Shown piece after piece: positions 24,200 through 36,589 of a stretch of 64,000 nucleotides of DNA; position 1 is the first letter of the stretch; each line of letters begins with the position of its first letter. A program made the position numbers and the translations under genes. The notes under the pieces are model-generated. The model was not told the origin of the DNA and ran no database searches. It was given only the letters and a program-made list of their open reading frames with translations. Location: positions 68,202,001 to 68,266,000 of the forward strand of contig NC_086108.1 of assembly GCF_963921235.1 (NCBI RefSeq), written 5' to 3'. The DNA is from Mobula hypostoma. Its lineage: Eukaryota.

Positions 24200-26800
24200 T
24201 AGGGCCATAAGACCATAAGATATAGGAGCAGATTTATGCCACTTGGTCCATTCAGTCTGCTCCACCACTTCCTCATGGCTGATCCATTGTTCCCCTCAGC
24301 CCATTCTCCTCTCCGTATCCCGTCATGCATTGACCAATCGCGAATCTATTAACCTTTGCCTTTAATATACTTAAAGACTTGGCCTCCACAGCTGCCTGTG
24401 GCAAAGAATTCCACAGATTCATCACTCTCTGGTTAAAGAACTTACTCCTTATCTCTGTTCTAAAAGGGCGCCCCTCTATTCTGACGATGTGTCCTCTGGT
24501 CTTAGACTCTCCCACAATAGGGAACATCCTCTCCACGTCCACTCTATTGAGGCCTTTTAAAATTTGATAGGTTTCAATGAGGTCACTGCTCATTCTTCTG
24601 AATTCTAATGAGTACAGACACAGAACCATCAAATACTCTTCATCTAACAAGCCGTTCAATCCTGGAATCATTTTTATGAACTTCCCTTGAACCCTCTCCA
24701 TTTCAACACATCCTTTCTAAGATAAGAGGCCCAAAACTGCTCACAATACTCCAAGTGAGGCCTCACTAGTGCTCCCTAAAGTCTCAACATTACATTCTTG
24801 CTACTATATTCCAGTCTTCTTGAAATGAATGCTAACATCGCATTTGCCTTCCTCATCACAGCTTCAGCCTGCAAATTACCTTTAGGGAATCCTGCACATG
24901 GATTCCCAAGTCTCTTTGCACCTCAGTTTCTGCATTTTCTCTCTGTAGAAAATACTCTACCCTTTCATTTCTTCCACCAAAGTGCATGGCCGTACACTTT
25001 CTAAAATTGTGTTCCATCTGCCACTTCTTTGCCCATTCTCCAAATCTGTCTAAGTCTTCCTGTAGCCTCTCTACTTCCTCAAAATCTACCAGTCCCTCCA
25101 TCTATCTTCATATTGTCTGCAAACTTTGTAAAAAAAAAGCCATCAATTCTGTCATCCAAATCATTGACATACAAGGTAAAAGAATCTACCATAACCCACA
25201 CTCCTATCGCCACTAGTCAACACCAACCAACCAGAAAAGACTTACCTTATTCTCACTCTATATCTCCTGTCGATCAGCCACTGCTTTATTCATGCTAGAA
25301 TCTTTCCTGTAATACCATGTCTTCTGGGACCGTTCCAGAATCTAGTGTTTCTGGAAAGATAATTACTAATGACTCCACAATCTCTTCCATCATCTCTTTT
25401 TGAACCCGGGTGACTTAACTTGCTGTCTGATATTCACTCGAGCCTCTCTTTTACATTTTATGCATCTGAAAAAGCTTTTGGTATCCTCTTTAATACTATT
25501 GGGTAGCTTACTTTTGTATTCCACCTTTATCTTCTTAATTATATTCCTACTGGTTTATGAAGCACTGAATGGTCTCGGGCCAAAGTACATCTCCGATTTC
25601 TTGCTGTATTATAAAACTTCCCCAGCTCTCAGTCGTCTGGGTGGGTCTGCTTACCGTTCTCAGGGTCAAAACTAAACATGGTGAAGCATCTTTTAGTTAC
25701 TATGCTCCATATATTTGGAAAAACCTTCCAGATGATCTGAAGTCTGCCCCAACTTTAAGCTCTTCTAAACCAAGGCTTCAAACTTTTCTTTTCACTATAG
25801 CTTTTAATTAAAATCTCTTGCACTGTAAATTTTATTTCTTTATTTTTAATTGTGATTTTATTTTCTTTAATTTGATGTTTGATTTTTATATTTTGTTTTA
25901 TGTAAAACACTTTGAACTGCCTTGTGTTTGAAATCAACTTGCCTTGTCTTGCCATAATGACTTTTTTAGTTGCCTTCTACTGGTTTTTAAAAGCTTCCCA
26001 ATCATCTAACATTCCATTAATTTTTGCTCTATTGTATGCCCTCTCTTTGGCTTTTATGTTGTCTTTGACTTCTTTTCTTAGCTGTGTCATCTTTCCTCTT
26101 TGGAATGTATATATCCGATGTCTTCCGAATTGCTTCCAGAAAATCCAGACATTGCTGCTCTGCCGTTATCCCTGTCCTGAGAATATAATGATCACTTCCC
26201 CTAAGGGTCCTTTTCCTTAAGCTCTCTAATCAATTCCGGTTCATTGCACAATATCCAATCTAGAATAGCTGATACACAAGTGGGCTCAGCCACAAGCTGT
26301 TCTAAAAACCCATCTCGTATGCATTCAAGAAATTCCCCCTCTTGTGATCCAGCACCAACCTCATTTGTCCAATCTACCTGTATATTGAAATTCCCCCTGA
26401 CTATTGTAACATTGCCCTTTGGAAGGCATGTTCTATCTCCCAATGTAATTTGAAGACCACATCCTTACTACTGTTCAGGGGTCTGTAAATAACTCCCATC
26501 GGTCTTTTTACCCTTGTAGTTCCTTAGCTCTATCCACAATGATTAAACACCTTCTGACACTATGTCACCCTTTTCTAATGACATGATTTCATTTTTTACT
26601 GACAGAGCAAAGCCACCGCCTCCACCTACCTGCCTGTCCTTTCAATACAATGTGAATTCTTGGACATTAAGCCCCCAGCTATAATCTTCTTTCAACCATG
26701 ATTCTGTGATGCCTACAACATCATACAGTACATGCCAATCTTTAACGGTGTGACAAGTTCATCTTCCTTATTCCATATACCACATGCATTCAAATATAAT
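24200..26800 (-). mobile_element. Degraded CR1 with internal deletions, interrupted by an L2 fragment
   Basis: ORFs 24273..24701, 24856..25101 and 26201..26443; ccataaga tail repeats near 24205. Confidence 0.8.
25541..25953 (+). mobile_element. L2-clade LINE 3' end inserted into CR1
   Basis: LLVYEALNGLGPKYISD..GEASFSYYAPYIWKNLPDDLKSAPTLSS..LQTFLF is an L2-type C-terminus; ttgcc tail repeats. Confidence 0.8.
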
Positions 26801-26804
26801 GCAA

Positions 26805-28462
26805 ATAATGGAGCAATTGGAGATTAGTCAGAATGACGTTGTGGACATCACTGAGTTCTGGCTGAAAGAAGGCCATAGTTGAAGCTTAACATCGAAGGAT
26901 ATACTTTCTATCAAAAGGACAGGCAGGAAGGCGTAGGCAGTGGTGTGGCTCAGTTAGAAAGAGGTGGAATTTCATCTTTAGAAAGAAGTGACATAGGGTC
27001 AGAGAATGTTGAATACTTGTGGGTGGAATTTAAAAAATTCCAAGAGTAAAAAACATTATGGAAATTATATATAGGCCTCCAAATAGTACCAGGATGTGGG
27101 GTTGAGATTGCAAAGGGAGCTGGAAAGTGCATGTAATAAGGAAACTGACACGATGTAATGGGGGACTTCAATATGCAAGGGGTTAGGGAAAATCAGTTTG
27201 GTGTTGGATCGCAAGGGGCATTTGTTGAATGCCCACGGGATGTCTTTTTAAGAGCAGCTTATGCTTGAGCCTACTCAGGGAAAGGCTACCTTAGATTGGG
27301 TGTTGTGTAATAACCCAGATTTTATTAGGGAGCTAATGTAAAGGAACCCTTAGGAGGCAGTAATCATAATATCATTGAATTCGTACTGCAATTTGAGAGG
27401 GAGAAGCATAAGTCACATGTATCCATATTGCAATAGAATAAAGGGAATTAGAGAAGCATGAGAAAGGAGCTTGCTCGGGTAGATTAGAGGAGGACACCGG
27501 CAGGAATGATGGCAGAGGAGAGATGGCTGAAGTTTCTGGGAGTAGTTCACAAGATACAGGATAGATATGTCCCACAGAAGAAGTTGTTCTCAAATGGCAG
27601 AGGTAGACAACTGTGGCTGAAAAGGGAGGTTAAGGACTGCATAAAAGCCAAGGAAAGGGCATATAATGTGGCAAAACTGAATGGGAAGTTGGATGATTGG
27701 GGAGTTTTTAAAATCCAACAAAAGGCAACTAAAAAGCCGTAAGAAGGGAAAAGATGAAATATGAGGGCAAAATAACCAATATTATAAAGCAGGATACTAA
27801 AAGCTTTTTCCAGTTATATAAAGAATAAAAGGGAGATAAGAGTTGATATTGAACCACTGGCAAATGGTGCTGGTGAGGTAGTAATGGGGGACAAAGAAAT
27901 GGCAGATGAACTTAATGAGTACTTTGCATCTGTCTTCACTGTGGAAGACACTAGCAGTGGGCTAGAGGTCTCTGGGTGTCAGGAAGCAGGAGTGAGTGCC
28001 ATTGCTGTTACAAAGGAAAATGTGTGAGGCAAACTCAAAAGTTTTCAGGTGGATAAGATACCTAGGCCAGACGGACTACATCCCAGAGTCCTGAGAGAAG
28101 GTTGCTGAAGCGGTAATGGTTGCGTTGGTCATGATCTTTCAAGAATCACTTGACTCTGGCATGGTCCTAGAGGACTGGAAGATTGCAAATGTCACTCCAC
28201 TCTTTAAGAAGGGAGGAAGGCAAAAGAAAGGAAATTATAGGCCAGTTAGCCTAACCTTAGTGGATGGGAAAATATCGGAGTCTATTATTAAGGATGAGGT
28301 TTCAAGGTACTTGGAGATGAATGATACAATAAGTCAAAGTCAGCATGGTTTCTGTAAAGGGAAATCTAGCCTGACAAATATTTTATAATTCTTCGAGGAA
28401 CTAACAAGCAGAGTGGATTAAGGAGTGGCAGTGGATGTCATTTACTTGGATTTTCAGAAGGT
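26805..28462 (+). mobile_element. CR1 fragment (APE to start of RT)
   Basis: ORFs 27506..27742 and 28116..28388. Confidence 0.88.
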
Positions 28463-28464
28463 GT

Positions 28465-30300
28465 TTGCCACACTCATGGATCTCTGTCACACTGCTAGTG
28501 TCTTCTACAGTGAAGACAGATGTAAAGTACCCATTAAGCTCATCTGCCATTTCTTTGTCCCCCATTACTACATCACCAGCATCATTTTCCAGTGGTCCAA
28601 TATCAACTCTCACCTCTCTTTTACTCCTTATATAACTGAAAAAACTTTTGGTATCCTGCTTTATATTATTGGCTAGTCTGCCCTCATATTTCCCCTTTTC
28701 CCTTCTTATAGCTTTTTTAGTTGCCTTTTGTTGGATTTTAAAAGCTTCTACATCACCCAACTTCCTACTCACTTTTGCTACCTTATATGCCCTTTCCTTG
28801 ACTCTTATGCAGTCTTCAACTTCCTTTGTCAGCCACAGTTGCCTACACTTGCCTTTTGAGAATTTCTTCTTCTGTGGGACATATCTATCCTGCACATTCT
28901 GAACTATTCCCAAAAACTTCAGCCATCTCTGCTCTGCCGTCATCCCTGCCAGTATCCTCCTCCAATCCACCTGTTCAAGCTCCTCTCTCATGCCTCTGTA
29001 ACTCCCTTTATTCCATTGCAATACTGATACATGTGACTTATGCTTCTCCCTCTCAAATTGCAGTATGAATTCATATTACAATCACTACCTCCGAAGCATT
29101 CCTTTATATTAAGCTCTCACTAAGATCTGGGTTATGACACAACACCCAATCTAAGATAGATTTTCTCTGACTAGGGTCAAGCACAAGCTTCTCTAAAAAT
29201 CAATCTCGTAGGCATTCAACAAATTCCCTCTCTTGCAATCCGACACCAACCTGATCTTCCCAATCCCCTTGCATATTGAAGTCCCTTATTACATGCCTTT
29301 TCCAGCTCTCTTTGCAATCTTAACCCTACATCTTGGCTACTATTTGGAGGCCTATATATGATTCCCACAATGGTTTTTTCACCACTGCAATTTCTGCACT
29401 TTTTTTTCCCCATTGCATTGGGAAGAGGTCCCTGTGATCCATAAATCTGAACACCTGCCCCTTGCACCACTTCCTCAGCCACGCATTCACCTACCAAATC
29501 ATCCTATTCTTATCCTCACTGGCACTTGGCACTGGCAGCAATCCACAGACTACTAACCTGAAGGTCCTGTTTCTTAGCTTTATACCTAACTCCCTAAAAT
29601 CTCTCTCCAGGATCTTCTCACTTTGTCTACCTATGTCATTGGTGCCATTATGTACCAAGACTTCTGGCTGCTCACCCTTGCCCTTGAGAATGCCATGGAC
29701 CAAATCCGAGACATTCCTGATCCCTGCACCAGAGAGGCAACATACCATCCAGGTGTCCTAGCACACCCATGGTATCTCGTTTCTGTTCCTGGAAACTCCT
29801 ATCAACACTGCAGTCCTCTTCACCTCTCTGCTATTCTGAGTCACAGCACCAGACTCAGTGCCAGAGATCCAGTCACTATGACACTCTTCGGCAGGTTTTC
29901 CCCCTCAAAGGTATCTAAAGTTGTATAACTATTATTGAGGGGAACAGCTACAGGTGTACTCTGGATTGGCTGTGCATATCTCCTCCTGACAGTCACCCAT
30001 TTACCTCTCTCCTGCAAGCTAGTGGTGACTACCTATCTGTAGCTCCCATCTATCACCTCCTCATTCTCCTGTATGAGTTGAAGGTCATCGAGCTGCAGCT
30101 CCAGTTCCTTAATACGTGCCCTCAGGAGCTGCAGCTCGGTGCACCTAGAGTAGGTGTGCTTATCTGGGAGACTGAATGTCTCCCAGACTTCCCACATCCC
30201 ACACAGAGTATAAAATACTGCCCCTGGAGCCATTCTCAATGATCTACTATCTTCTAACAGACAAGGAATGACAAAAACAGAAAGACAGAACCTTAGCAAA
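28465..30300 (-). mobile_element. CR1 5' half (ORF1 zinc finger/esterase, APE, linker)
   Basis: ORFs 30033..30317, 29491..29748 (NGTNDIG) and 28401..29021. Confidence 0.88.
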
Positions 30301-31187
30301 TACTTTACCTCTCCCAAGGCTGATGAGCCAAAGCCATGCTAAACACTGGCACACCCAAAAGAATGCCCTCTCAAAGACTATAGGGTAAAGACAAGCAGAT
30401 GGACCCGAACACTATTCAGTCTGCCAGATTTTTCTTTCCATTGATTCAAACCATCACTTGCTTGCTGCTAGCCAGGATCTGTCAGATCTCACAAAGCAGG
30501 CCAGCTGCCACTGTCCTCATTCACCCTCATGCTGGATACTGGTCAAGAAAATTATGCTTGAGGGCAAGTTCAATTGTGCGCATCTCTGCTGACTGTGACA
30601 TGCATCGCAGTCCTCTCCACACTTGTAGCTGGCCTGACATCTGCAATTGAATCGTGAAGAACTTTCTGACTGGTTGCATCACCACCTAGTAGTGTGGCAT
30701 CAAGATGCAAGATCTAAAAAGGCTACAAGGTTGTGGACTCACCTCAAACAGCATTCATCATCAAGAAACCTCACCATCCAGTACTTATTACTAACTTAGT
30801 ACAAAAGCCTGAAGGCCCACACTCAACATTTTAGGAACAGCTTCTTCCCCTCCACCATCAGATTTCTGAATGGTCCATGGACCCACAAACACTACTTTGC
30901 CATTCCTCTTTTGTACCATATGGGTCAGAGTTCTATGTGTGCAGGAAGAACGATGACTGATGACCGCATTGGTTCACATAACGCTGAGACTGGAGTTTTA
31001 GGGTTAGTGTTTGGGGTCCTGTCATTGGCGAGGCAGGAGTTTGAGCCTGATGTTCAATGGCTGATCAGTCCTTGGGTGAATAAATGAAGGACCACTTGCT
31101 TGAAGACCCAAAAGGATTAAAAACAATTAAAGAACATAAACCATTCAAGGACAATTAAAAAGTCATTAAACAAATCCAAAAATGCAA

Positions 31188-31625
31188 ATTACTTATTTAC
31201 TTACTTTTTACTGCCGATTACTCTGCTGCTGTTTAGGACAGCAATGAAGATCCTCCATCCTCAGTGATGATAAGGGCTTCATTCATCGTGCCAATAGCTT
31301 CCTCTCAGTTTTCACTGCTATCAGCCATGCAGATTCCAGGTGGAGACTCAAGAATGCCATCGCATGCAGATGCAAAGGATTCTTCATTGCTGTTTCCCTA
31401 ACAGTTTTGTTTGACCAGTCAGGGTTGTCCACCCTGAGCTGGACCCCCAAATCTGGATGACCGGTGAACTACTCTTAGTCTGGCCCTTACCTTTTGATCT
31501 GTTTGGTTTGGGGGTCACTTCCAATAGCCAAAACATATGACCCTGACCCCAGCCAGCAGAGCTCTCCCGATCATTGAGCCAGACTAACCTCCAGACAATG
31601 ACAAGGTTGTGGTCCTCTTGGAGGA
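31188..31625 (-). mobile_element. RTE-derived short non-autonomous element
   Basis: Minus strand begins GGACCACAACCTTGTC, resembling RTE/BovB 5' ends as I recall them, and ends in (AGTA)n-like repeats. Confidence 0.55.
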
Positions 31626-31664
31626 AATTAACATTTATTTCCCTTGGACCAAGTAACTAGAATA

Positions 31665-32870
31665 CAGAAGATAGAATATAGAAACCTGCAACATATTACA
31701 GGCCCTTCAGCCCACAATATCGTGCTGACCATGTAATCTACTGTAGAAACTGCCTAGGATTACCCTACTGCATAACCCTCTATTTTTCTAAGCTCTTATC
31801 TAAGAGTTTCTTAAAAGACTCTATTGTTTCTGCCTCCACCACCATCACCAGCAGTGCATTCCACACACCCACTACTCTCTATGTGAAAAACTTACCCCTG
31901 AAATCTCCTTTGTACCTACTTCCAAGCACCAAGAACTATGCCAAGTCATGTGAGCTATTTCAGCTCTAGGAAAAAGCCTTTGGCTATACACACGATCAAT
32001 GCTTCTCATCACCTTATATACTTCTATCAGGTCACCACTCATCCTCTGTCGCTCCAAGAAGAAAAGGCCAAGTTCACTGAACCTATTCTCATAAGGCACG
32101 TTCTCTAATCCAAGCAACATCCTTGTAAATCTCCTCTGCACTCTCTCTATAGCATCCACATTCTTCCTGTAATAAGGTGAGCAGAACTTAACACAATACT
32201 CCAAGTGGGGTCTTACCAAGGTCTTATTTAGCTGTAACATTACCTCACGGCTCTTGAATTTAGTCCCAGGGTTGATGAATGCCAACATGCCATACGCCTT
32301 CTGAACAACATTGTCAACCTGCGCAGCAGCTTTGAGAGACCTATGGACATGGACCACAAGTTCTCTCATTCTCCACACTACAAGAGTTTTACCATTAATA
32401 TTATATTCTGTCTTCAAACTTGACCTACCAAAATGAACCACTTCACACTTATTTGGGTTGAACTCCATCTGCCACTTCTCAACCCAGTTCTGCATCCTAC
32501 TGATGTCCCGCTGTACCTCTGACAACCCTCCAGACTATCCACAACACCCCCAACCTTTGTGTCAGCAGCAAACTTACTAAGCACCCTTCTACTTTTTCTA
32601 TCCAGGTCATTGATAAAAAAAGTCACAAAGAGGAGGGGTTCCAGAACAAATCCCTGCGTAACACCACTGGTCACCGATCTCCATGCAGAATATGAACCAT
32701 CTACAACCACCCTTTGCCTTCTGTGGGCAAGCCAATTCTGGATCCACAAAGAAAGGTCTCCTTGGATCCCATACCTCCCTACTTTCTGAATGAACCTTGC
32801 ATGGGGAACCTTATCACATGCCTTACTGAAATCCATATACACTACATGAACTGCTCTACTTTCAGCAATC
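31665..32870 (-). mobile_element. 5'-truncated CR1 (RT C-terminal half plus 3' UTR)
   Basis: ORFs 32414..32842 and 31872..32525; same subfamily as 45721..47019. Confidence 0.92.
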
Positions 32871-34134
32871 TGATATAAAAATATGAAATCTGATATAAAC
32901 CAATGACTTTGAGAGACACTTCAGGATAGTAGGTGTCTATAGAAACATAACGAAGTGGCATATTTTGGCATATTTCCAGTATTTAATGCTTTCTTTTGTA
33001 GATACCAAGATTGCTTTAAACACTGGACAATATTGATATTTCACAGTGTAACCATCAGTGAATTCAGAACTTCCACACATGCATGGGTGACTGTGAGTTT
33101 CCTGAACTTGCAAAAACTGTTCACTAGCAACTTCCAGCTGCACTCCAGTAATGAAGAACAAAATTGTGACTACTTCCTGAGGGAATCAGCTAAAAGGACT
33201 AGTACCAGCCTGGAGCTGATACAAATATCAAGGGTGTGGAATAGTTGAAAAAGGGTGAGGTGAGGACATGTTCATAAGTTTCTATCTTTACTTGTTTATT
33301 TCAATATCTAAATATATTAATTTTAAAATATTTAACTGTCTTAATAGCTTGATTGATTTCAATCGAATGCTTTTGAGTGTCAAAATGAAGTCTTATATCT
33401 GCAAATCTATGATTTTCAAATATATGACCAAAGGCACTGTTAAGAAAAGATGATGAAAAAAAGAAAGTCAATATGAATTACTTGCAACATTTTACTGTTT
33501 GAGTTATTGCTCCAAAGCTTACAATCAATAGATTCATGAGGAGAATAATCGTGATAGTTCACATGAATAGTACTGGCAATGGTTCTCCATATCAAAACAT
33601 TATGTTAAATAAAATATCCTTTCACTCCCTCACAGAAATACTAATCTCTTCCTTTTATAAATAGATTATGCTTAATTTGTGAAATATTCATGTTATAAAG
33701 CAGATACCTAGAAAAAATACATAATATAAATCAACATTCATGTAACATTGATTTTTTATAATTTCTAAAAATTTTGTTTTTGCATCGCATTTAATAATGA
33801 CTATTAATACATTAAAATGGTTCTACATTTATTTCCATTAATTATTGAAAATTCATGATTAAAAATATGCACACTGATGAGATTCCAATCCATCTCACCC
33901 TGCCCAAAATCATAAATTATTAGCCTACATTAATATTAAGTTTTCATTAGTTGTGAAGAAGATAGTAAACTAAATGTGCTACTATGTGCTTACATAAAGA
34001 AGAACTTCAGTTCCCAGTGTACAATGCAGGCAGTTCACCCTGGAACCGGGAGTGACGTTGGAGAGCTGGTCACCTGCGCTCATGTTGGGCTGAATCCATT
34101 GCTGGGGAGTCCCAAGTAAAGATGTGTTAGAAAA

Positions 34135-35205
34135 AAACTTTATTGTTTTCCCGGCGTATATGACAAATTAACTTCTCTCGAGCTTCCAGTTGGGTACAGG
34201 TATCAATTTTAACCAACGTTTCAATGACAAACTCTACCATCTTCATCATTTATACCCCCAGTGTCTGTTCCTCCCGATTCGTTAGTCCTCATCCTATTAA
34301 GTTTCTGCTGTCCCACCTTGTTTACAATTGAATTCTAGTTCTTACCTTCGTCTTCGTTAAAATTCTTTTCCTCTAGTTTTATTTCAATGGCTTCCTTCAC
34401 CAGGCGGCCCCAAAATCTATTGGCACTGCAAAGTAGTTTTGTATTCGCACTGCCAATAGTTTTGTGTCATCAATGTCAAGCCTATGGCCATTGCAAATCC
34501 AGTGTTCTTCTACCACCGATTTCTCCAGGTAACCCAAATGGATACACCTCCATGCTCCTTGATGCGGGTTTCCACTGTGCATGCCATCTGGCTAATATAC
34601 GCCGCTCCACATTCACAGGGAATCCTGTAAGTGAGTCACAGGTCATCCTTGACCTACATAAACTGAGATCCGAGCTTCCTTAAGGTTGTGGATGATACTA
34701 ATCTAGTACTGCTTCAGCAATCCTTCCAAAACCATGGAAGCATAAGGAAGACATAGTAGCAACAGGTTCCTCCTCATTGTTAGGTTTCCTGGTTTTTGTG
34801 TCAGCCCGTTTAAGGGTCCAATTGATTTCCTTCACCTTGTAGACATTCTGTAAGAATGTCATGCATAACCATCTTATTTCCTCATAGAGTCTCTGGGTCC
34901 AAAATAGTTGTCACACGATTAATCAAAGCAGGAAGAACCACTCTACATTGGGAGGTGGAAAGGTGGCTATTATTGTTCAGATACAAGTCCATATGAGTGG
35001 GTTTCCGAAAGACCCCCATGTCCGAGGCTACCACTCAGCTGCCGCCGTAATAGAAAGTCCAGGAATAGGAGGCAATCATTCTTCTCCATTCCATCGTAAA
35101 TTGTATGTTTGACCATATACTGCTCAGATGGTCATGGAACTGTTCAAGTGCCTGGACTCCATGAGGCCACACTACAAAGGTGTCATTGACATATCTGAAG
35201 CAGTG
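34135..35205 (-). mobile_element. Penelope-like element, second family (RT, GIY-YIG and pLTR remnants)
   Basis: FRYVNDTFVVWPHG..IQFTME (PLE-type RT); VYRIPCECGAAYISQ..RIKEH (GIY-YIG). Confidence 0.85.
34211..34249 (-). ncRNA. Hammerhead-like motif, second design
   Basis: Minus strand aTGATGA-a-gatggta gagtt tgtcatt-GAAA-cgtt; first core C missing. Confidence 0.6.
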
Positions 35206-36589
35206 TTTGGGGCAGAAGGGCAATGAACTCAGAGATTTGAGAGATTCACTAGTTAGAAACAAAATAGTTTGCCCAATTTCAAATAATGGGCTCAGAAGAA
35301 GGTTACGCCATGAGAAAGATATATTGATGGAAAAGGCTGTAAATATGTGCAGGGCAGCAGAGACCACAGGGTCTCAAGCAAAGAAGCTACACAGGGCAGA
35401 AAACCAACAGTACCTGCTTTGAAAATAGAGGGGCAAAGCACAAAACATTTTCAAAAAAAAACAGCAAATCAGAGAGGTTGGTACAAACAGCAACTGCAGC
35501 AAATGTGGAGGTTGGCACATTCCAAAGACATGTCCTGCTTATGGAAAGTCCTGTAATAATTGTGGAAAGAAAAATCATTTTGCAAAGTACTGCAAAGCCG
35601 GGGGGCTACCAAGACAAAGGTGCACTCGATTGCTGAGGAAGTCTTTACAGATTCTCTACAAACAGTGAATGTTGGTAAAACAGAATGGATTGTCTGAGTG
35701 ACAATGAGACGGTAATTCCATTCAAACTTTACACCAGAGCCCAGGTGAACCTGTTGTCCATGGATGAATACAAAACGCTCAAAGTAAAGAGCAAGTTTAT
35801 CCAGTGAGGTTAAGAGTGACAAGCTATGCTGGAGAGAACGTACCAATAAAATGGGGCTGCATAGTCAACTTTAGCCACATGGAGCTCAACCAAGAGGCAC
35901 AACTACCGATTATAGAAAAGGAAGTATGGCCAGTATTAGGTCTGAGGGCATATGGAAAGCTCAACCTGGTGTAAAGCGTTTCCGTAGTGGTTTCACGGAC
36001 CAAAGAGGACACACATCACTCATGGAAGAGTACTCAAATGTCTTTGAAGGGTTCAGATTCTTACCTGATGTAACTCGAGAACCTCATAACAGCAATCTTG
36101 AGAGCTCCAGAGAGGACAGGCAAGAGAAGTACAAGAACTCCACCTTCCATAGACATCCGTAACAGCTACACTAGCATGATAGTCAGTATGCCCGTGATGG
36201 ATAGAGTGATCATGATGAAATCTCTTGTCTTGATTCCGTATCATGCAGCTGGTTTCAAAATCTGTCTCTCATTTCAAGACCGGAAATCAAAAAATAGCTT
36301 CATGATCTTTGCTGATGTTGAAGAGGAAAAATAAAAAGGAAGACAAGGAGCCCATGTAACCTCCAAGACTAGAACAACAGCAGCAGTTTAACACATACCA
36401 ACAGGAGGTATTACTATCTATGAAACACAGCCAACAGAAGATGCACTGTGAATTGAATCAGAATCTGTTGGAACTTGTGCAAAGACTCAGTGATCACATG
36501 AATGTAGTCCAGGGCACATAGAGGCAATTATGGTCACATAGCAAGAACAAGAACAGAGATCAACAGATAGGATCTTGACAGAAGAATAA

